From Orbicella franksi (Eukaryota), in the NCBI GenBank assembly GCA_964199315.1, contig OZ116703.1, forward strand, positions 2,790,001 to 2,854,000: a DNA stretch of 64,000 nt, written 5' to 3'. Within the stretch, counting starts at the first letter, position 1; the number at the start of each line of letters is the position of its first letter. The notes under the pieces are model-generated. The model ran no database searches, was not told the DNA's origin, and saw only the letters and a program-made list of their open reading frames with translations. Positions 38,793 through 51,619 of this stretch are shown here, in pieces. The translations under genes and the position numbers were made by a program.

Positions 38793-41700
38793 TCAGCGCC
38801 TGCGAGATCCACGCTGTCTATCAAATCGAGCTTCCATTTCCTCCAGCACTGAAGAGGCAAAATTAATTAGAATTTAATCAGTGGAATAAGAAGTAGAGGA
38901 CCACTGCCTCGCTCAAAACAATATTAAACAAAAATAACATGATGTTCTTATAAATTATATGTCCAAGAATGCACTAAAGTTAAATTTTCTAACCAAAGGC
39001 AAAATTGATGTAAACCACATTTTCTCCAAAATTATGTTATTTTAAAATGTACTCACACTTTGGGGTGAATTTGACAACCAAACGAACACTTCCTAAAAAA
39101 AATTAACAAACAAATATGATTTAAGTTAATTTTTGGTACTATACTGATAAAACAATTAGAAAATAACAATATTGGCTTTCTGTTCATGTTGCCCAGGGCA
39201 TTTTATGAATCTCGTGGTCATTCTGATACAGTTGCTAACTCTGAAATTACTGGCCAACTTATTTTAAATCTATTTGCGAATGGGTCTTTCAAGACATGAA
39301 GGGTTATATTAAACAAATTTACAAAATTCAAAATTCCCCGCTATATTTGACAAAAGGCTAATGATAAGTTACTAAAATGCAGCTTTATTCTTTTTACCAA
39401 CACACCTTCAGCTGCTTTCAACAGATCCACAGCTTTCTCGTGATTTTCTCCTTCAACACTCTTACAAAGAAATAAAATAAATTAACTAAATCAAGCTTGA
39501 AACTGGTTAAATTGTTTTTATTTTTTTTGGGGGGGGGGGGGGGGAGTTGTGGGATATAAAAGGTCAGTTGTGAATAAAAACCAAGAGAGACTGATGTATC
39601 CAACTTAACAATTCCACATCAATGTTAACTGGATAAACCAGTATTAAATGGTTGCATTCCTTTCGGCTTTGGGGTGATCTGGATCAGGATCAGTGATTCA
39701 AGATCGCTCAGATCATGGTGCATCAAAGTAACTGATGAATCCACTCTGGTCGCAGATTTATTGGTTCCTTCAAGGCACTGTGATCCAAGTGACCTTGTAT
39801 CACTGATCCTGATCCAGGAATGCACCGAAAGATTATTGAGGTTAAGCTTTGTGATTGGTATATTGTGTGTGTGGGGAGGGGGGGGGCAAGATGGGGGAGG
39901 GGGGAGGAGGGAGGGGAGGGGAAAGAGGAATTAAACATAATTTTTCCATTCAATGTACATGACTGTGCAGAGGAATCCAGATTTTAGGAACAATCTAGAG
40001 GAACTGAAATTGGTTTGAAAAATTGAGAGGTTTGAAAAGTCAAGGGTAAATTTTTCTTGATAACTGCTTAGCCAAAGGAGCCAAAAATTGCTTCAAATAA
40101 TTAGGGGTTTGAAGGTTTCAACAACAGGGATTCCACTGAACACTTGTAATTTTTTAATCACTCCAGTACTTCATCAAAGAATGACATAAAACTGACTCCT
40201 CACCACTCCATTAACAGAGAGCAACTGATCCCCACGTTTCAAGCCACCATTCCTAAAAAAATAAAACATTGTTGGAAACGTGAAAATAAAGTAGAGATCA
40301 GGGTAAGAAAAAAACCCAGGTCTGATTGCCCAGGGTAAGTAAATTTTGCTCTTGGGCAAGTGAAAATGGAAGTTTGGTGGTCTGGTGGGCAAGTGAAATT
40401 GGCCTCAGTAGTCTCATTAGAGATAATTTCCAATCAAAAACAATTTCAAAACTTGAGACTGCAAGATGAGCAAAACAATGAGTTGAAAGCAATAGATTAA
40501 TTTAAAATCCAAGCATATGTGATTATAGACAGTACCTAGTAAATGATGTAGTTGATAAGGCATGAACACTGTATACATGTCCATTGGGCAAGTAATTTAT
40601 TTTAGTGAGGGTAACTGAAAACTGAAATATACTGGTCTACTGGGCAACTGGATTTCAAATTTTTTCCCTGCCCTGGAGATATCAACAAGTTCTGTAAAAA
40701 CTTGTTTCCAGCAGTTATCATAAAAGAAACAATCAGCCTTTGTTGAGATTTCAACTCAGCCAATGAGCAATGAAACCACTTCAAGGTTGTCAATTGCTGG
40801 CCTAGTATCATTTATATCAGGTCCCAAGAAATAATGTAACATGAATGCAAGATAATGCATGTAATGGAACATCACACATGCAGTCTATATGTAAAGGTAA
40901 AGAAGAAAATCACTATAAGCACAGAACCATAATACTACCTCCACTTTATTCAAAACAGAAGTGCCCTGATGTTGAACTTTATTACCATGTTGATAATGTG
41001 TAGCTGAGGGAAACAGTCCTATTCTATTAATTGTGGATACCTACACTGTAAATGTAAGGTCTGTGAGTGCATGTTTAATTTCTAGTTTTTTTTGTATATT
41101 AAACCCATTATTACACCCCATATTTCTGCAATGACTGCCTCCACTAACTGAACTGCACTTTGGATGTTGTGAGACACGCTTGCCTAATAATGTCATGAGA
41201 AAGAATATTATTTATCACCTGTCTGCCACACCACCAGGGATGATACGAGAAATGTAAATAGGAGAGTTCTGCTCTCTGCCGCCCATCACATTAAATCCAA
41301 GACCTTCTTCATTCTGAAATTTAAAGTGCAACATCCTCAAGTAGTACATTATCTAATCAATCTACTGACAGTTGATGCTTATTCTAGACTTGGTCATTTT
41401 TGGGGAGCTGATTTAAGTAGCCTTATGGTTACGGCATAGGAAAGAGTAGTACTGGTACTTGTGATAAAGGCCATCTGATGAAGTATTCTGGTCCTGCTTG
41501 ATACAGTTTGAGTACAATCATTCACAGTAAAGGAAGAGTGAGAAATTCAGCCTCTTCCATAAGCAACAAGGATTTGCGACAATTTTGACCTTAAAAAACA
41601 ATTTTTTCTTCCTACCAACAACCCTGCAGCAGTCTGTTGATTACAAGATAATGTTCCTTGACAAGTTTTGGTTGACAGAAAGTTGTTTATTACTCACCTT

Positions 41701-43615
41701 AGGAAGTTCAACTACACGAGGGTGAGCGTGACCTTCACTTGCTGCAAATGCTGCGATTGTAGCCTGAAAGTGGACACACAGCAATATGTTGTAAGTGCTA
41801 CTATCACATCCACTTTGAAAATACACACAACATATTTATCATATAATATGACTACTTGTATGTAAGACTGTAAACCCTGCAATTTTACATCAACTGTCAA
41901 CCTACAAATGACTGTGTAATATAAACAAACTGGTCAATATAAATTTAATATTCTATCTTTTGGTCTTGTGGCTTTAAGGGTTCTGTATTTACCTTGGCTG
42001 TAGCTTTTGCTCTGACTTCAGGGTTGCCTTGAATGTCAACTGTCTCATACACATGTTCATAAACCTAAAAACAACATGAATAATGGATTTGGAGTAAAAT
42101 ACAAAAGAGTATTGCAAAATACAAGTTGTATTTCATACTGTAACTACTCACATGGTACATGTATCTTGAAATTTTACTACCATCAAAACGGCATACACAT
42201 GGATGAATGTTAAGCTAAACTAATGGGATGGATTATCTATTTCAAGCTATACTAATTATATTATTTTCATCTAGTCCAGACAAATACTCTTGTACATATA
42301 CCTCACGGATGGCATTACAGAATTCACTCTGAAGCACTTTCTGCAAAGCCTGAAGTTTCTTTGGAGGGATATCTCCACCTGCAACACAAAGATTAATAAA
42401 TTTTCACCCACATCCACAGAGTTAAATTTGAGAACAAAGTATATTTAGCACAATATACAATAATAAATATTGCATACTATTAGGTACTGCCAGTATAAAA
42501 AGAGCAAAAATATGCAAAAATTATCAACTCACTGCTTTGCAGTTTCTCCATCAGCTCAATTGCACGGTTGACATCTAGAAGTAAAGAAAAAGTTGATACC
42601 AGTCAGAGGACTGTCATTAAGGGCTGTAACTTGTAAAACCCTTTCACGGCTAACTATGCTTGATTTTCTCTTAATGCTACCAGTGAAATTGCCTGTTGTT
42701 GATAGAAATCACCCACAAAGTAAGAACACTTAAAACTTCATGACAGCCCTGAGTGAAACTCAATCATAGTCTACAGGCACATATTTTCTTATTATTGACA
42801 TTAGTTCTAGGAACACGGTTATGTTGTAAGACAATACCCCTCTTAACAATTTTCTTTTAAAATTTTAATTATGCATACTGCATTGTTAAAAAAAAAAACA
42901 AAAAAAAAAACCCAACCTATCCTGCAGAACTGTTTTTCAGTTGAAACCCTCCACACCCCCACCCCATTTCACTTCCCACCTTCTGGTTATGAACAAGTAC
43001 TTTCCTCTTTGGTCAAGGATTTTTTTTTTATGATAAGAGTCAAAGTTCAGTTTACCAGAAAGAGATTTTAACAGATTCTTATCAATGGGATGGAGTTTTG
43101 TGATTTTACAGATCCAAAAACACATGAAAAGACGGACTAAATTTCGGATCTACAGCACCTCTTTTGTTTTGACGAATGTTAATTTATTTTGCACAACAAA
43201 TGCTCCCATAAAACACGAATCAACTGTATTCGCTGACACAAGTGAACTCGAGCATCAGCCAAAACAATGGGGAACATCTCACAGCTTAGAAGCTATTAAA
43301 CGTATAGTGAGACGTGGAAAAAATACTGAAGGTTACAGAATATGAATAAACAGAGCTTGCGAGAATATACGAGGAAAACTCGATAATGTTAAAATGAAAA
43401 CACGGCTTGCTTGCAAGTGGAGAGTCCCATGCAAATCATTGGATTGTGTCATATGATTGCCCTCGATCTCATTATATGTACTAACAAACGTCTGGCACGG
43501 ACTTCGTTCATAGCAGTATTTTATCTGCGATGAACAATGTCTTACATAGCCGCGTAAATAACAGAAATATCTACCAACCTCGAGCAAGAGTAAGCGGTTC
43601 GTGGGGGCCAGCCAT
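38793..43615 (-). CDS. LIN7: Protein lin-7 homolog (L27 + PDZ); exons 43579-43615, 42533-42574, 42302-42378, 41993-42064, 41698-41763, 41219-41313, 40204-40252, 39406-39460, 39057-39092, 38793-38848
   Basis: [194 protein letters not shown]. All junctions are in phase. Confidence 0.97.
39652..39827. repeat. Fold-back palindromic repeat (~175 bp) in LIN7 intron
   Basis: tgcattcc...ggatcaggatcagtgat ... atcactgatcctgatcc aggaatgca. Confidence 0.75.
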
Positions 43616-44111
43616 CTTGGACGCGTTCCTCGCCTCGCGATCACGTGACAATAAAAAAAACAGAAAAAGTAAGTTTCAGTCTTTCTCGGTCACGTTACTT
43701 GCCGACCAAGGTAAAGCAAAAAGAGACAAAAGAGGTTCTGCTCGCAGGGTTACCATGGCACTACCACTTCCCTCGATCATCTTTTTGTTTTCGTTGATTA
43801 TAGTAACCATAAACACCCTAAATGCCTACGAAGAGAATATTACCATGGACCTTGCCTCAGTCAATTTTTTTTTCTGGCTACGGCCCTGCAAAGACAACGA
43901 TTCTTCTTTGGCTTCTTGTGAAGCCAAAAGTTAAAATTGAGTTTATTTTAAGACCTTTTGATCGAGGAACATAAGCTGTTCGTATTCTTTAACATTTCTC
44001 GTGGCATTTTAAACAATACCTTGATTTTTAAATAGTTATTATCTGATTTATTTCAGTCTAGTTAAAGGATCGCAGGCTAGAATATCGGCAAAAAACTGCA
44101 CTTTTAGTGCC

Positions 44112-44310
44112 GGCCCGGTGCCATATGTGGGTTGAATTTGTTGTTGGTTCTCGCCTTGCTCCGAGGGATTTTCTCCTGGTTCTACGGTTTTCCTCTCTCC
44201 AAAAAAGAAAACACATCTCCTAATTTCGGTTCGACCAGGATAGGGGACCTGCATGAAAACCAGCTAAGGCTGACGTGACTTCCTCTCGTAATATTGTAAT
44301 TTATTTTATT
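44112..44310 (+). mobile_element. 5'-truncated SINE (second family)
   Basis: ccggtgccatatgtgggttga...gttggttctcgccttgctccgaggg...catgaaaaccagctaaggctga...taatattgtaattt. It is absent from the paralogous copy after ...actgcact(c/t)ttagt at 50944. Confidence 0.6.
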
Positions 44311-44923
44311 AAAGAGGAAATCTGGATTTGAGTGTTAAACAGAAATTGGGACACGTACACGGGTTATTGTACATAAACTGTGCTCCATTTCCATGTATTT
44401 ATCGTGACCTCTTTCTGCTCTTTGCATGTTATCAAACAGCAATTTACAAGCTGGAAATATGACAGTAAATCCAATACTTCTATGAAAATCCGATGTCAAC
44501 CACAAATTTCTGAAAAAATTGCGTTTTTGAAATGATGCTAAGGCTTCAGACACCTGGTAATGGTATTGAATATTACTCTGATTTATTTTTGCTTATGAAT
44601 GGTCAGAAAACGTGCTTCAGCCGCCAAATAAATCTTTAAATGATATAATGAGCTGAACAGACGATAAGGACACTTTATTCGCGCACTTAGTGCTCAAATG
44701 CAACTCATTGAAAAAGGAGGCGAAAAAGGCGGAAACTGGAGGTTTCTATTTTGGTTCATCAGTAGATGAGCCTAGCTATGGCAAAACCAGAGGTCATGGG
44801 GGTCATTAAAATTTAAGTGAAGTTTACTTAGCGGATCCCTTCTGTTTCTTAAAGCGTAAAATCAGAAATTATTTCCTCAATTAGCACTGAGTTAACTTTA
44901 CTGGCAAATCATGGGAAATTCAC

Positions 44924-45203
44924 AGTTTCAGTTTCAGTTTTAGTTTTATTATCGCACACTATTTACAGAAAAACAACTTTACGTGAGATGGTTTACAATG
45001 ATATAGGAAAAATAAATACAGATAGAAATTAACTACAAGAAATAATATTTAATTGTGTACAGTGACCAAAGTAGCCAATGAGCTTTCGAGTTGGTCACTG
45101 TCATGTAGATGTAAGTTGACATTGGCCGCATGCTAAGTTAATTCAACATTAAAGACGATATTACTATCATAAAAGAAGAAAGACATATATAAATATGACA
45201 ACA
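44924..45203 (-). mobile_element. 3' fragment of a LINE (CR1/L2-like tail)
   Basis: On the minus strand it ends aataaaactaaaactgaaactgaaa and is flanked by cacag/cacag. The paralogous copy (about 51085) has the empty site cacag-gtgttatc. Confidence 0.55.
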
Positions 45204-45706
45204 CAGATGTTGTCTCTGGACCAACTGATGCCAAGTATTTTGAAATGTATGATGATGCAGTCACTGTTGTGTTTGTTTAAGCGGTTAAAAAATTAAAATC
45301 GAGTGAAATATTGCTGCTTTTTCCTTTCGCAGACTCCCCTCTGAAAGCAAGTTCCTCTTACTCTTCCGTTCAAATGAAACGATGGAACTCTCAATTCCAG
45401 TAGTATTATTCCTTGACAGATTTTAGGGCTTTTTGTGTGGACACTCAATACCTTTGTCCAGATTTATATTGTATCTTACCACTGTAAAGTAAATCCGGTT
45501 TATTAATTGACAGTTCTACAATTTCATAAAAGATCGAGAGTGAGAATTAAACATATTTGAAATTTAATTTTTTTTATGCTTTTTCTCGCCAACGCTACGT
45601 TCATAAATTGACTTTGCTCAGTATTCAACGTGGAAAACGAGTCGATAAAAGTCGGCATCACAGGGTTAAACCCAGAAAGCCGGAATTTTCCAGTCACGCA
45701 GCAAGT

Positions 45707-46723
45707 ATGGCCGCCTTACCACCACGAAGTGTTGGACTTGTTGTGGTGGAATCATCGACTTCTGCAATTTTAGTTCTACTGGGTATCCTCGGCAATTTGC
45801 TACTTCTCGTTTCGTTGTACAGGAAACCTCGTTTAAAAAGTTCAACTGGCATTTTGATCGCAGCTTTGGCGATGACTGATCTACTCAACGCCTGCGTTCC
45901 CGGAGCCCTATTCTGGTCCTCTCTTACGAAAGGAAAGATGTCTTTTAGCAATTTTGGTTGCCAGATAAGTGGCTTCTTCATGCACTTTTTGACTTATGTA
46001 TCTACGGCGACTATGGCTCTAACAGCAATCAATCGATATGTTTGTATTTTGAAGCCCAACGTGTCTAAAAAAGCTTTCAGCTATAACCGATCGATGCTCT
46101 ACATAGGTTTCTTGTGGGCATTTGTAGCAGTGATTGTCTTTCTCCCTATAGTGGCTGGTTCCTCCACGTTTGCTTTCAACCCCGTCATGGCCGCGTGTGT
46201 GATGAAATTTACCAACACAAGTGCAGAAATCGGCTACACGTTCTTCATCGTGGCTTTTTTTGTGGTTTGCTGCTTGATAATCATATCGGTGTGCTACTTT
46301 CGCGTTTCCCGATTCATCCGCCATCACAACGCGAACACCATGTCGCAGCTGTCGATGCAAGAGATCAACTTGACCAAGGCGTTGTTCGTTCTCGTGTTTA
46401 CGTTTGCGGCGTTATGGATACCGGCTTTCTTAATGATTATCCTAAACCGTCTGGTGCTGAAGGCTAAACTTCCCCGTCAGTTCGTTCTAGTCGTGCCTTA
46501 TCTCATTTATTTGAGCAGCGCTTTGAATCCGTGGATATACGGTGTCATGTGTCCAGTTGTTCGTAACAAGATGAAGAAGACTCTTTTTGCATGGAAGGGG
46601 CGTGGCTCAACCGTCTCTGTCGGACCTGAAATAATTGTCGTTAGCACCTTAGGACCACCCCGACGCACAAGTTCCATCAGTATCATTACCCACGTCAGTG
46701 ACTTGGCAAACGTGAGTTCATAA
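45707..46723 (+). CDS. Class A (rhodopsin-family) GPCR, melatonin-receptor-like NRY motif, copy A, 338 aa
   Basis: Intronless, seven hydrophobic segments; GN in TM1, LAMTD in TM2, AINRY, WIP in TM6, NPWIY in TM7. The ATG matches the start of copy B. Confidence 0.95.
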   Translation: MAALPPRSVGLVVVESSTSAILVLLGILGNLLLLVSLYRKPRLKSSTGILIAALAMTDLLNACVPGALFWSSLTKGKMSFSNFGCQISGFFMHFLTYVSTATMALTAINRYVCILKPNVSKKAFSYNRSMLYIGFLWAFVAVIVFLPIVAGSSTFAFNPVMAACVMKFTNTSAEIGYTFFIVAFFVVCCLIIISVCYFRVSRFIRHHNANTMSQLSMQEINLTKALFVLVFTFAALWIPAFLMIILNRLVLKAKLPRQFVLVVPYLIYLSSALNPWIYGVMCPVVRNKMKKTLFAWKGRGSTVSVGPEIIVVSTLGPPRRTSSISIITHVSDLANVSS

Positions 46724-46961
46724 CAAATCTACCGGGAGCGTTAGCTGAAGAAATACTCTGATTATGCACCAAGGAGACTGCGGCTATGAAAAGTTTCCAA
46801 GTAATGTATTCATTGAAAACTATCCTGGCTCAGCATTTTTAAGTTAACACTCTTTATTGAGCGGTTTTGTTTGGTTTTTAGATTGACTGGGTGGTCTGGA
46901 CTATTTAATTTAATCTGGTGTGTGCCGGTCATGTACGGAAATACAATAACATTGCTCTTAA

Positions 46962-49515
46962 GAGCAGCTTCGCCTAAATATCAACCAGACTTGGAAATAG
47001 CGAAAAAATCGAATTTCTTCAAACTCGCCCAAAATGAAGCCCTACGGACACTAGTTACAAAAATGTTGTTTTAAGTTCGATAAATCAAAACTTATTTTTT
47101 TTACGCAATTTTTTCCTTTCGATGCCCCAATTCGGCCAAAATCGATCGAAAATGAGCGGCATATTCAGAGGCTCGTAAACTCAAAAGTAAAAATCTTCAT
47201 AACAAACTGATTGGACGTTGTATTTGTACTTCCTTTCTTGTATGTTTAGAGCTAAACAGATCGCGATTTGATTAAAACTAAAATATTTGACGATTTTTCA
47301 AAGTTAACAACCCAAGACAGCTTAACAAGAGGACTACATTTAGCCTATTTTCAAATGCTAAAAAGGCATTCTGGTACACGGCTTTTCCCAAAACGACTAG
47401 TTTGGTCTGAAAGAGCATTGTTTCTTCTTCAAATCAGTGAAATAAAATTTTTGGGTAAATAAAATCGCGAACGCTGAGATAGCGAACTAAATGCAGCACT
47501 TCTTCCTGAAAACGTGACCTTTGACCCAAGCGTAACGGAAACCGATTACTGTAAGAAAACCCGGAAGAAAAGCAAACGCTTCGTTATTTTGAAACACTTG
47601 CTAGTGATTTCTCTCCGAACCATTATTGAAAGAAACTATTTCCAGATATGAAATCTTATAGGGTCAAAGAAGGAGCTAAAGGGCGCGTTTTGACACAAGA
47701 ACTTTGTTTGCGGGGAATTGAAGCCAATGACCGTTAACGAATTCCAATGAAATTTGCGAACTTGAAGTATGTTAGCCGATACTTACCTGAATATTTATAT
47801 TTATGGCAGAATCGTCTTCTTGGATTAGCCATCAAAAGACACTGGATCCAGTTTTGGAAACTTGTAAAAGAAGAAATGTTTAATGTTCCGTGATCTGCCC
47901 GCTGCTATAAATTCCATGCACATGCCGACCGCATGTTTGTCGTAAAACTAACTGAACTCCACTGACAGTTTCCACGGGCAACCCCAAAATAAACAATCCC
48001 GCAAAATGTAAAGTGAAATTGGCTGTCTTCGTGAACAGTTAGAAGCTAGAGTCAAGTTCCATTGCCTTTAAAAAGTGCTTGATTTTACTTTGTTCACTCA
48101 GTAGTTAATGTCACGTTCGAATAATGCGTATCGGTCACGCCAAAACACTGCAGACCGTGCAGACTGAGTAAGTTTCCCACACAAAGTCTTCTACGCGTTT
48201 GTCTATTTAATCAAAAGTCACATACTGCGCTTGTGCGGCCTGTGGATAAATGACAAACTTTCAGATATGTTGAACACCATTTTGTAACTAGCGCCAAAAA
48301 AATGAGCGAAAATTAAAGGCCCAAACAAGTCTGCACGGTCTGCAGTATTTTGGCGTGACCGATTCGCGGTAAGAAATATTGAGTGAGCAAAGTCGACGCA
48401 AACAAATAAAACCAAGCACTTTTTAATGGTAATGGGTCTTGGCTCTAGCTTCTAACTGTTCATGAAGACAGCTAATTTCACTTTACATTTTGCGGGATTG
48501 TTTATTTTGGGGTTGCCTATGGAAACTGTCAGTGGAGTTCAGTTGGTTTTACGACAAACACGCGGTCGGCATGTGCACGGAATTTATAGCAGCGGGCAGA
48601 TAACGGAACATTAAACATTTGTTTCCAAATGTGGATCCAGCTTCTTTTGAAGGTTAATCCAAGAAGACGACTCTTGCATAAATCAGTATAAAGATTCACG
48701 TAAGTATCGGCTAACATACTTCAAGTTCGCAAATTTCACTGGAATTCGTGAACGGTCATTGACTTCAATTCTCAGCAAACAAAGCTCTTGTGTCAAAATG
48801 CGCCCTTTAGCTCCTTCTTTGACCCTGTGAGATTTCATATCTGGAAATAGTTTCTTGCAATAATGGTTTAGGAGGGATATCACTAGAAAATGTTTCAAAA
48901 TAACGAAGCGTTTGCTTTTCTTCCGGGTTTTCTTGCAGTAATCGGTTTCGTTACGCATGGGTCAAAGGTCACGTTTTCAGGAAGAAGTGCTGCATTTAGT
49001 TCGCTATCTCAGCGTTCGCGATTTTATTTACCCAAAAATTTTATTTCACTGATTTGAAGAAGAAACAATGCTCTTTCAGACCAAACTAGTCGTTTTGGGA
49101 AAAGCCGTGTACCAGAACGCCTTTTTAGCATTTGAAAATAGGCTAAATGTAGACCTCTTGTCTTGGGTCGTTAATTTAGAAAAATCGTCAAATATTTTAG
49201 TTTTAATCAAATTGCGATCTGTTTAGCTCTAAACATACAAGAAAGGAAGTACAAATACAACGTCCAATCAGTTTGTTATGAAGATTTTTACTTTTGAGTT
49301 TACGAGCTTCTGAATATGCCGCTCATTTTCGATCGATTTTGGCCGATTTGGGGCATCGAAAAGAAAAAATTGCGCAAAAAATTAATTTTTGATTTATCGA
49401 ATTTAAAACAATATTTTTGTAACTAGTGCCCGTAGGGCTTCATTTTGGGCGAGTTTGAAGAAATTCGATTTTTTCGCTATTTCCAAGAATAGTTGATATT
49501 TAGACGAAGCTGCTC
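46962..49515. mobile_element. Non-autonomous fold-back DNA transposon, ~1.2-kb inverted arms, TTAA target (Kolobok-like termini)
   Basis: TTAA(46958-61)-GAGCAGCTTCG...CGAAGCTGCTC-TTAA(49516-19). Arms 46962-~48165 and ~48328-49515 are reverse complements with scattered substitutions and indels; the spacer is ~160 bp; no transposase ORF. Confidence 0.85.
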
Positions 49516-49524
49516 TTAATAAAT

Positions 49525-49750
49525 GTTAAGTAAGTAAGTGGGTGGGTCAGTCAGTCAATTAGGTAGTCAATCAGTCAGTCAGTAATGAATGCTTGAACGA
49601 CTAGACAGAAAGAAAGAAAGAGAGAGAGAGAAAGAGAAAAAAAGAGGGAAAGAAAGAAAGAATGAATCAATGGATGGATGGATGGATGGATGGATGGATG
49701 GCTGGCTGGCTGGCTGGCTGGCTGACTGACTGACTGACTGGATGAATGAA
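49525..49750. repeat. Compound microsatellite (AGTC, GAAA/GA, GGAT, GGCT, GACT)
   Basis: Direct inspection. A related AGTC/GAAA tract lies at about 52933-53050. Confidence 0.9.
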
Positions 49751-50439
49751 AGGAAAAAAAATATTTTGTAAGCAACGCATACTAAGAGTCAAGTTAAAAA
49801 GTGTAGATAATATGATAACAAATAAATAAAATGTATTCCACGAGTAAGAGTAACTCTTTTCTGTAACAAGGCATTGTTCTCAGAGACAATTTTGCAAAAC
49901 AAGTAAAGTAGTAACCAAGACAAGAGCGGAATGCCGTTATAAGGTCAAAAACGCGGTGTATTGGAGTCCCAACCTCGTTTCCATGGCTTTTTCCCTTTCC
50001 CATTGGGAATGAGGTTGCTGGAATCCAGTCAACTCTCCCCAGTCTGCGCGTGAAATCAACAGCTTCGCGCCCCACGCTCACTTCCATGTGTAACTCTGCG
50101 AGATAACTGGGGAAGAAGCATTTGACCCTGTTTTATTTTGCTCTTTTCATGATTAAAACATTATCAGACTAGTATCATAAAACAGTTACTGCTTTCACAG
50201 CAGCCGCCCTCGTTCACGCCCTTCCCTCTCCTGACTGAGAAGCGTATAAGCACGGTGATCAGTAGGCCATTTCCGAACGAGTTGCTGTTGCCTCTGTTTC
50301 ACAACGAGTCTTGGTTCACAACCTTTTATATGGAAATGAGTTTTTCTCGCACGTTCATTGCCTTGCAAATCAAACTCATTTCCATATGAAAGGCTGTACC
50401 AGAGGGAAAAAGCAGATCGGAAATGGCTTATTCTTTGAC

Positions 50440-50945
50440 AACACATGTAGTCTTGAATTTTATTTCATACAAATTGTGTCTTTGATTATTAACTGACTAT
50501 ATGTACTAACAATAGTCTAGCATAGACTTTGTTAAGAGCAGGATTTTATCTGCAATGAACAACGTCTTACAAAGCCGTGTAAAGAAAAGAAATAGCTATC
50601 TCGAGCAAGAGTTCAAAGAGTAAGTGGTTTGTGGCCAGCCATCTTGGACGCGTTCCTCGCCACGCGATCAGGCGACAATTGAAAAAGAGCTGAATATTTC
50701 AAAGACAGGAATTCTTCTTTGGCTCTTTGTGAAGTCAACAGTTACAATATTGTTTACCTTGTGATCTTCTGATTGCGGACCATAGACTGTTTGTTCATGT
50801 TCTTTTACATTTATTTCTCAATATTTTTTCTCATTAGTAATTAATAGTTTTGTTTTCGAAATAGTCATTATGTGATTTAACTCAGTCTAGTTAAAGGATA
50901 GCAGGCTACAATTAATATCGGCAAAAAAAAACTGCACTCTTAGTT
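50440..50945 (-). pseudogene. Duplicated, inactivated LIN7 promoter/exon 1/intron 1 fragment
   Basis: Aligns to about 43400-44110. Exon 1 now reads ATGGCTGGCCACAAACCACTTACTCTTTGA (MAGHKPLTL*), and the GT donor is replaced (CTCGAG|atagct). Confidence 0.85.
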
Positions 50946-51619
50946 GAAAATAAAGATATGCATCTGATGGTGTCAAGCAAACGCGAGAGATGTCACTTAG
51001 TGGATCCCTTTTCTTTTGTAAAGCGTAAAATCAGGAACCATTTCATCAATTACATCATAACTTTAATGGCAACTCATGGGAAACTCACAGGTGTTATCTC
51101 TGGAGCAACTGATGTATGTTTGTTAGTAAATCTGTAATGATTATGATGCGGCCACTTTAGTGATTTCTGCTCATTTCAATTTGTTAAGTTTAGATTTAAA
51201 AAAACGAATGAAATATAAATGATTTTTTTCGTTTCTGATTCTACTCAAGCAAGTTAACGTTCCTCTTACTCATTTGTTCAAATGAAACGCGATGGGTTTC
51301 TTAATTTGAGTAATACTATGCCATGAGAGGTCCAAGGACTTGTTTGTACACTCGCTGAATTTGTCGAGGTCTTTATTATGTCTTATAATTACTGCTGTGA
51401 AGTAAATCCAGTTTGCTAATTGCTGCAATTTCGTCAAAACAGAGACCCTGAGAATTAAACATATTTGAAATCTATTTTCTTTTTCATATACTATGCTTCT
51501 CTTGTTTTCGCCTACGCTCCATTCTGAATTGATTCTGCTATGACGCAGAAAACGAGTAGATAAAAGTCGATATCAAAAGTAAACCCAGAAAGTCAGTATT
51601 TCCCAGTCACGCAGCAAGT

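Noticed and set aside
45557-45706. 50-aa N-terminal extension of GPCR copy A from the ORF track
   Set aside because: It starts at TTG, is not preserved in copy B, and an acceptor-like ttttccag precedes the shared ATG. The true start is most likely 45707.
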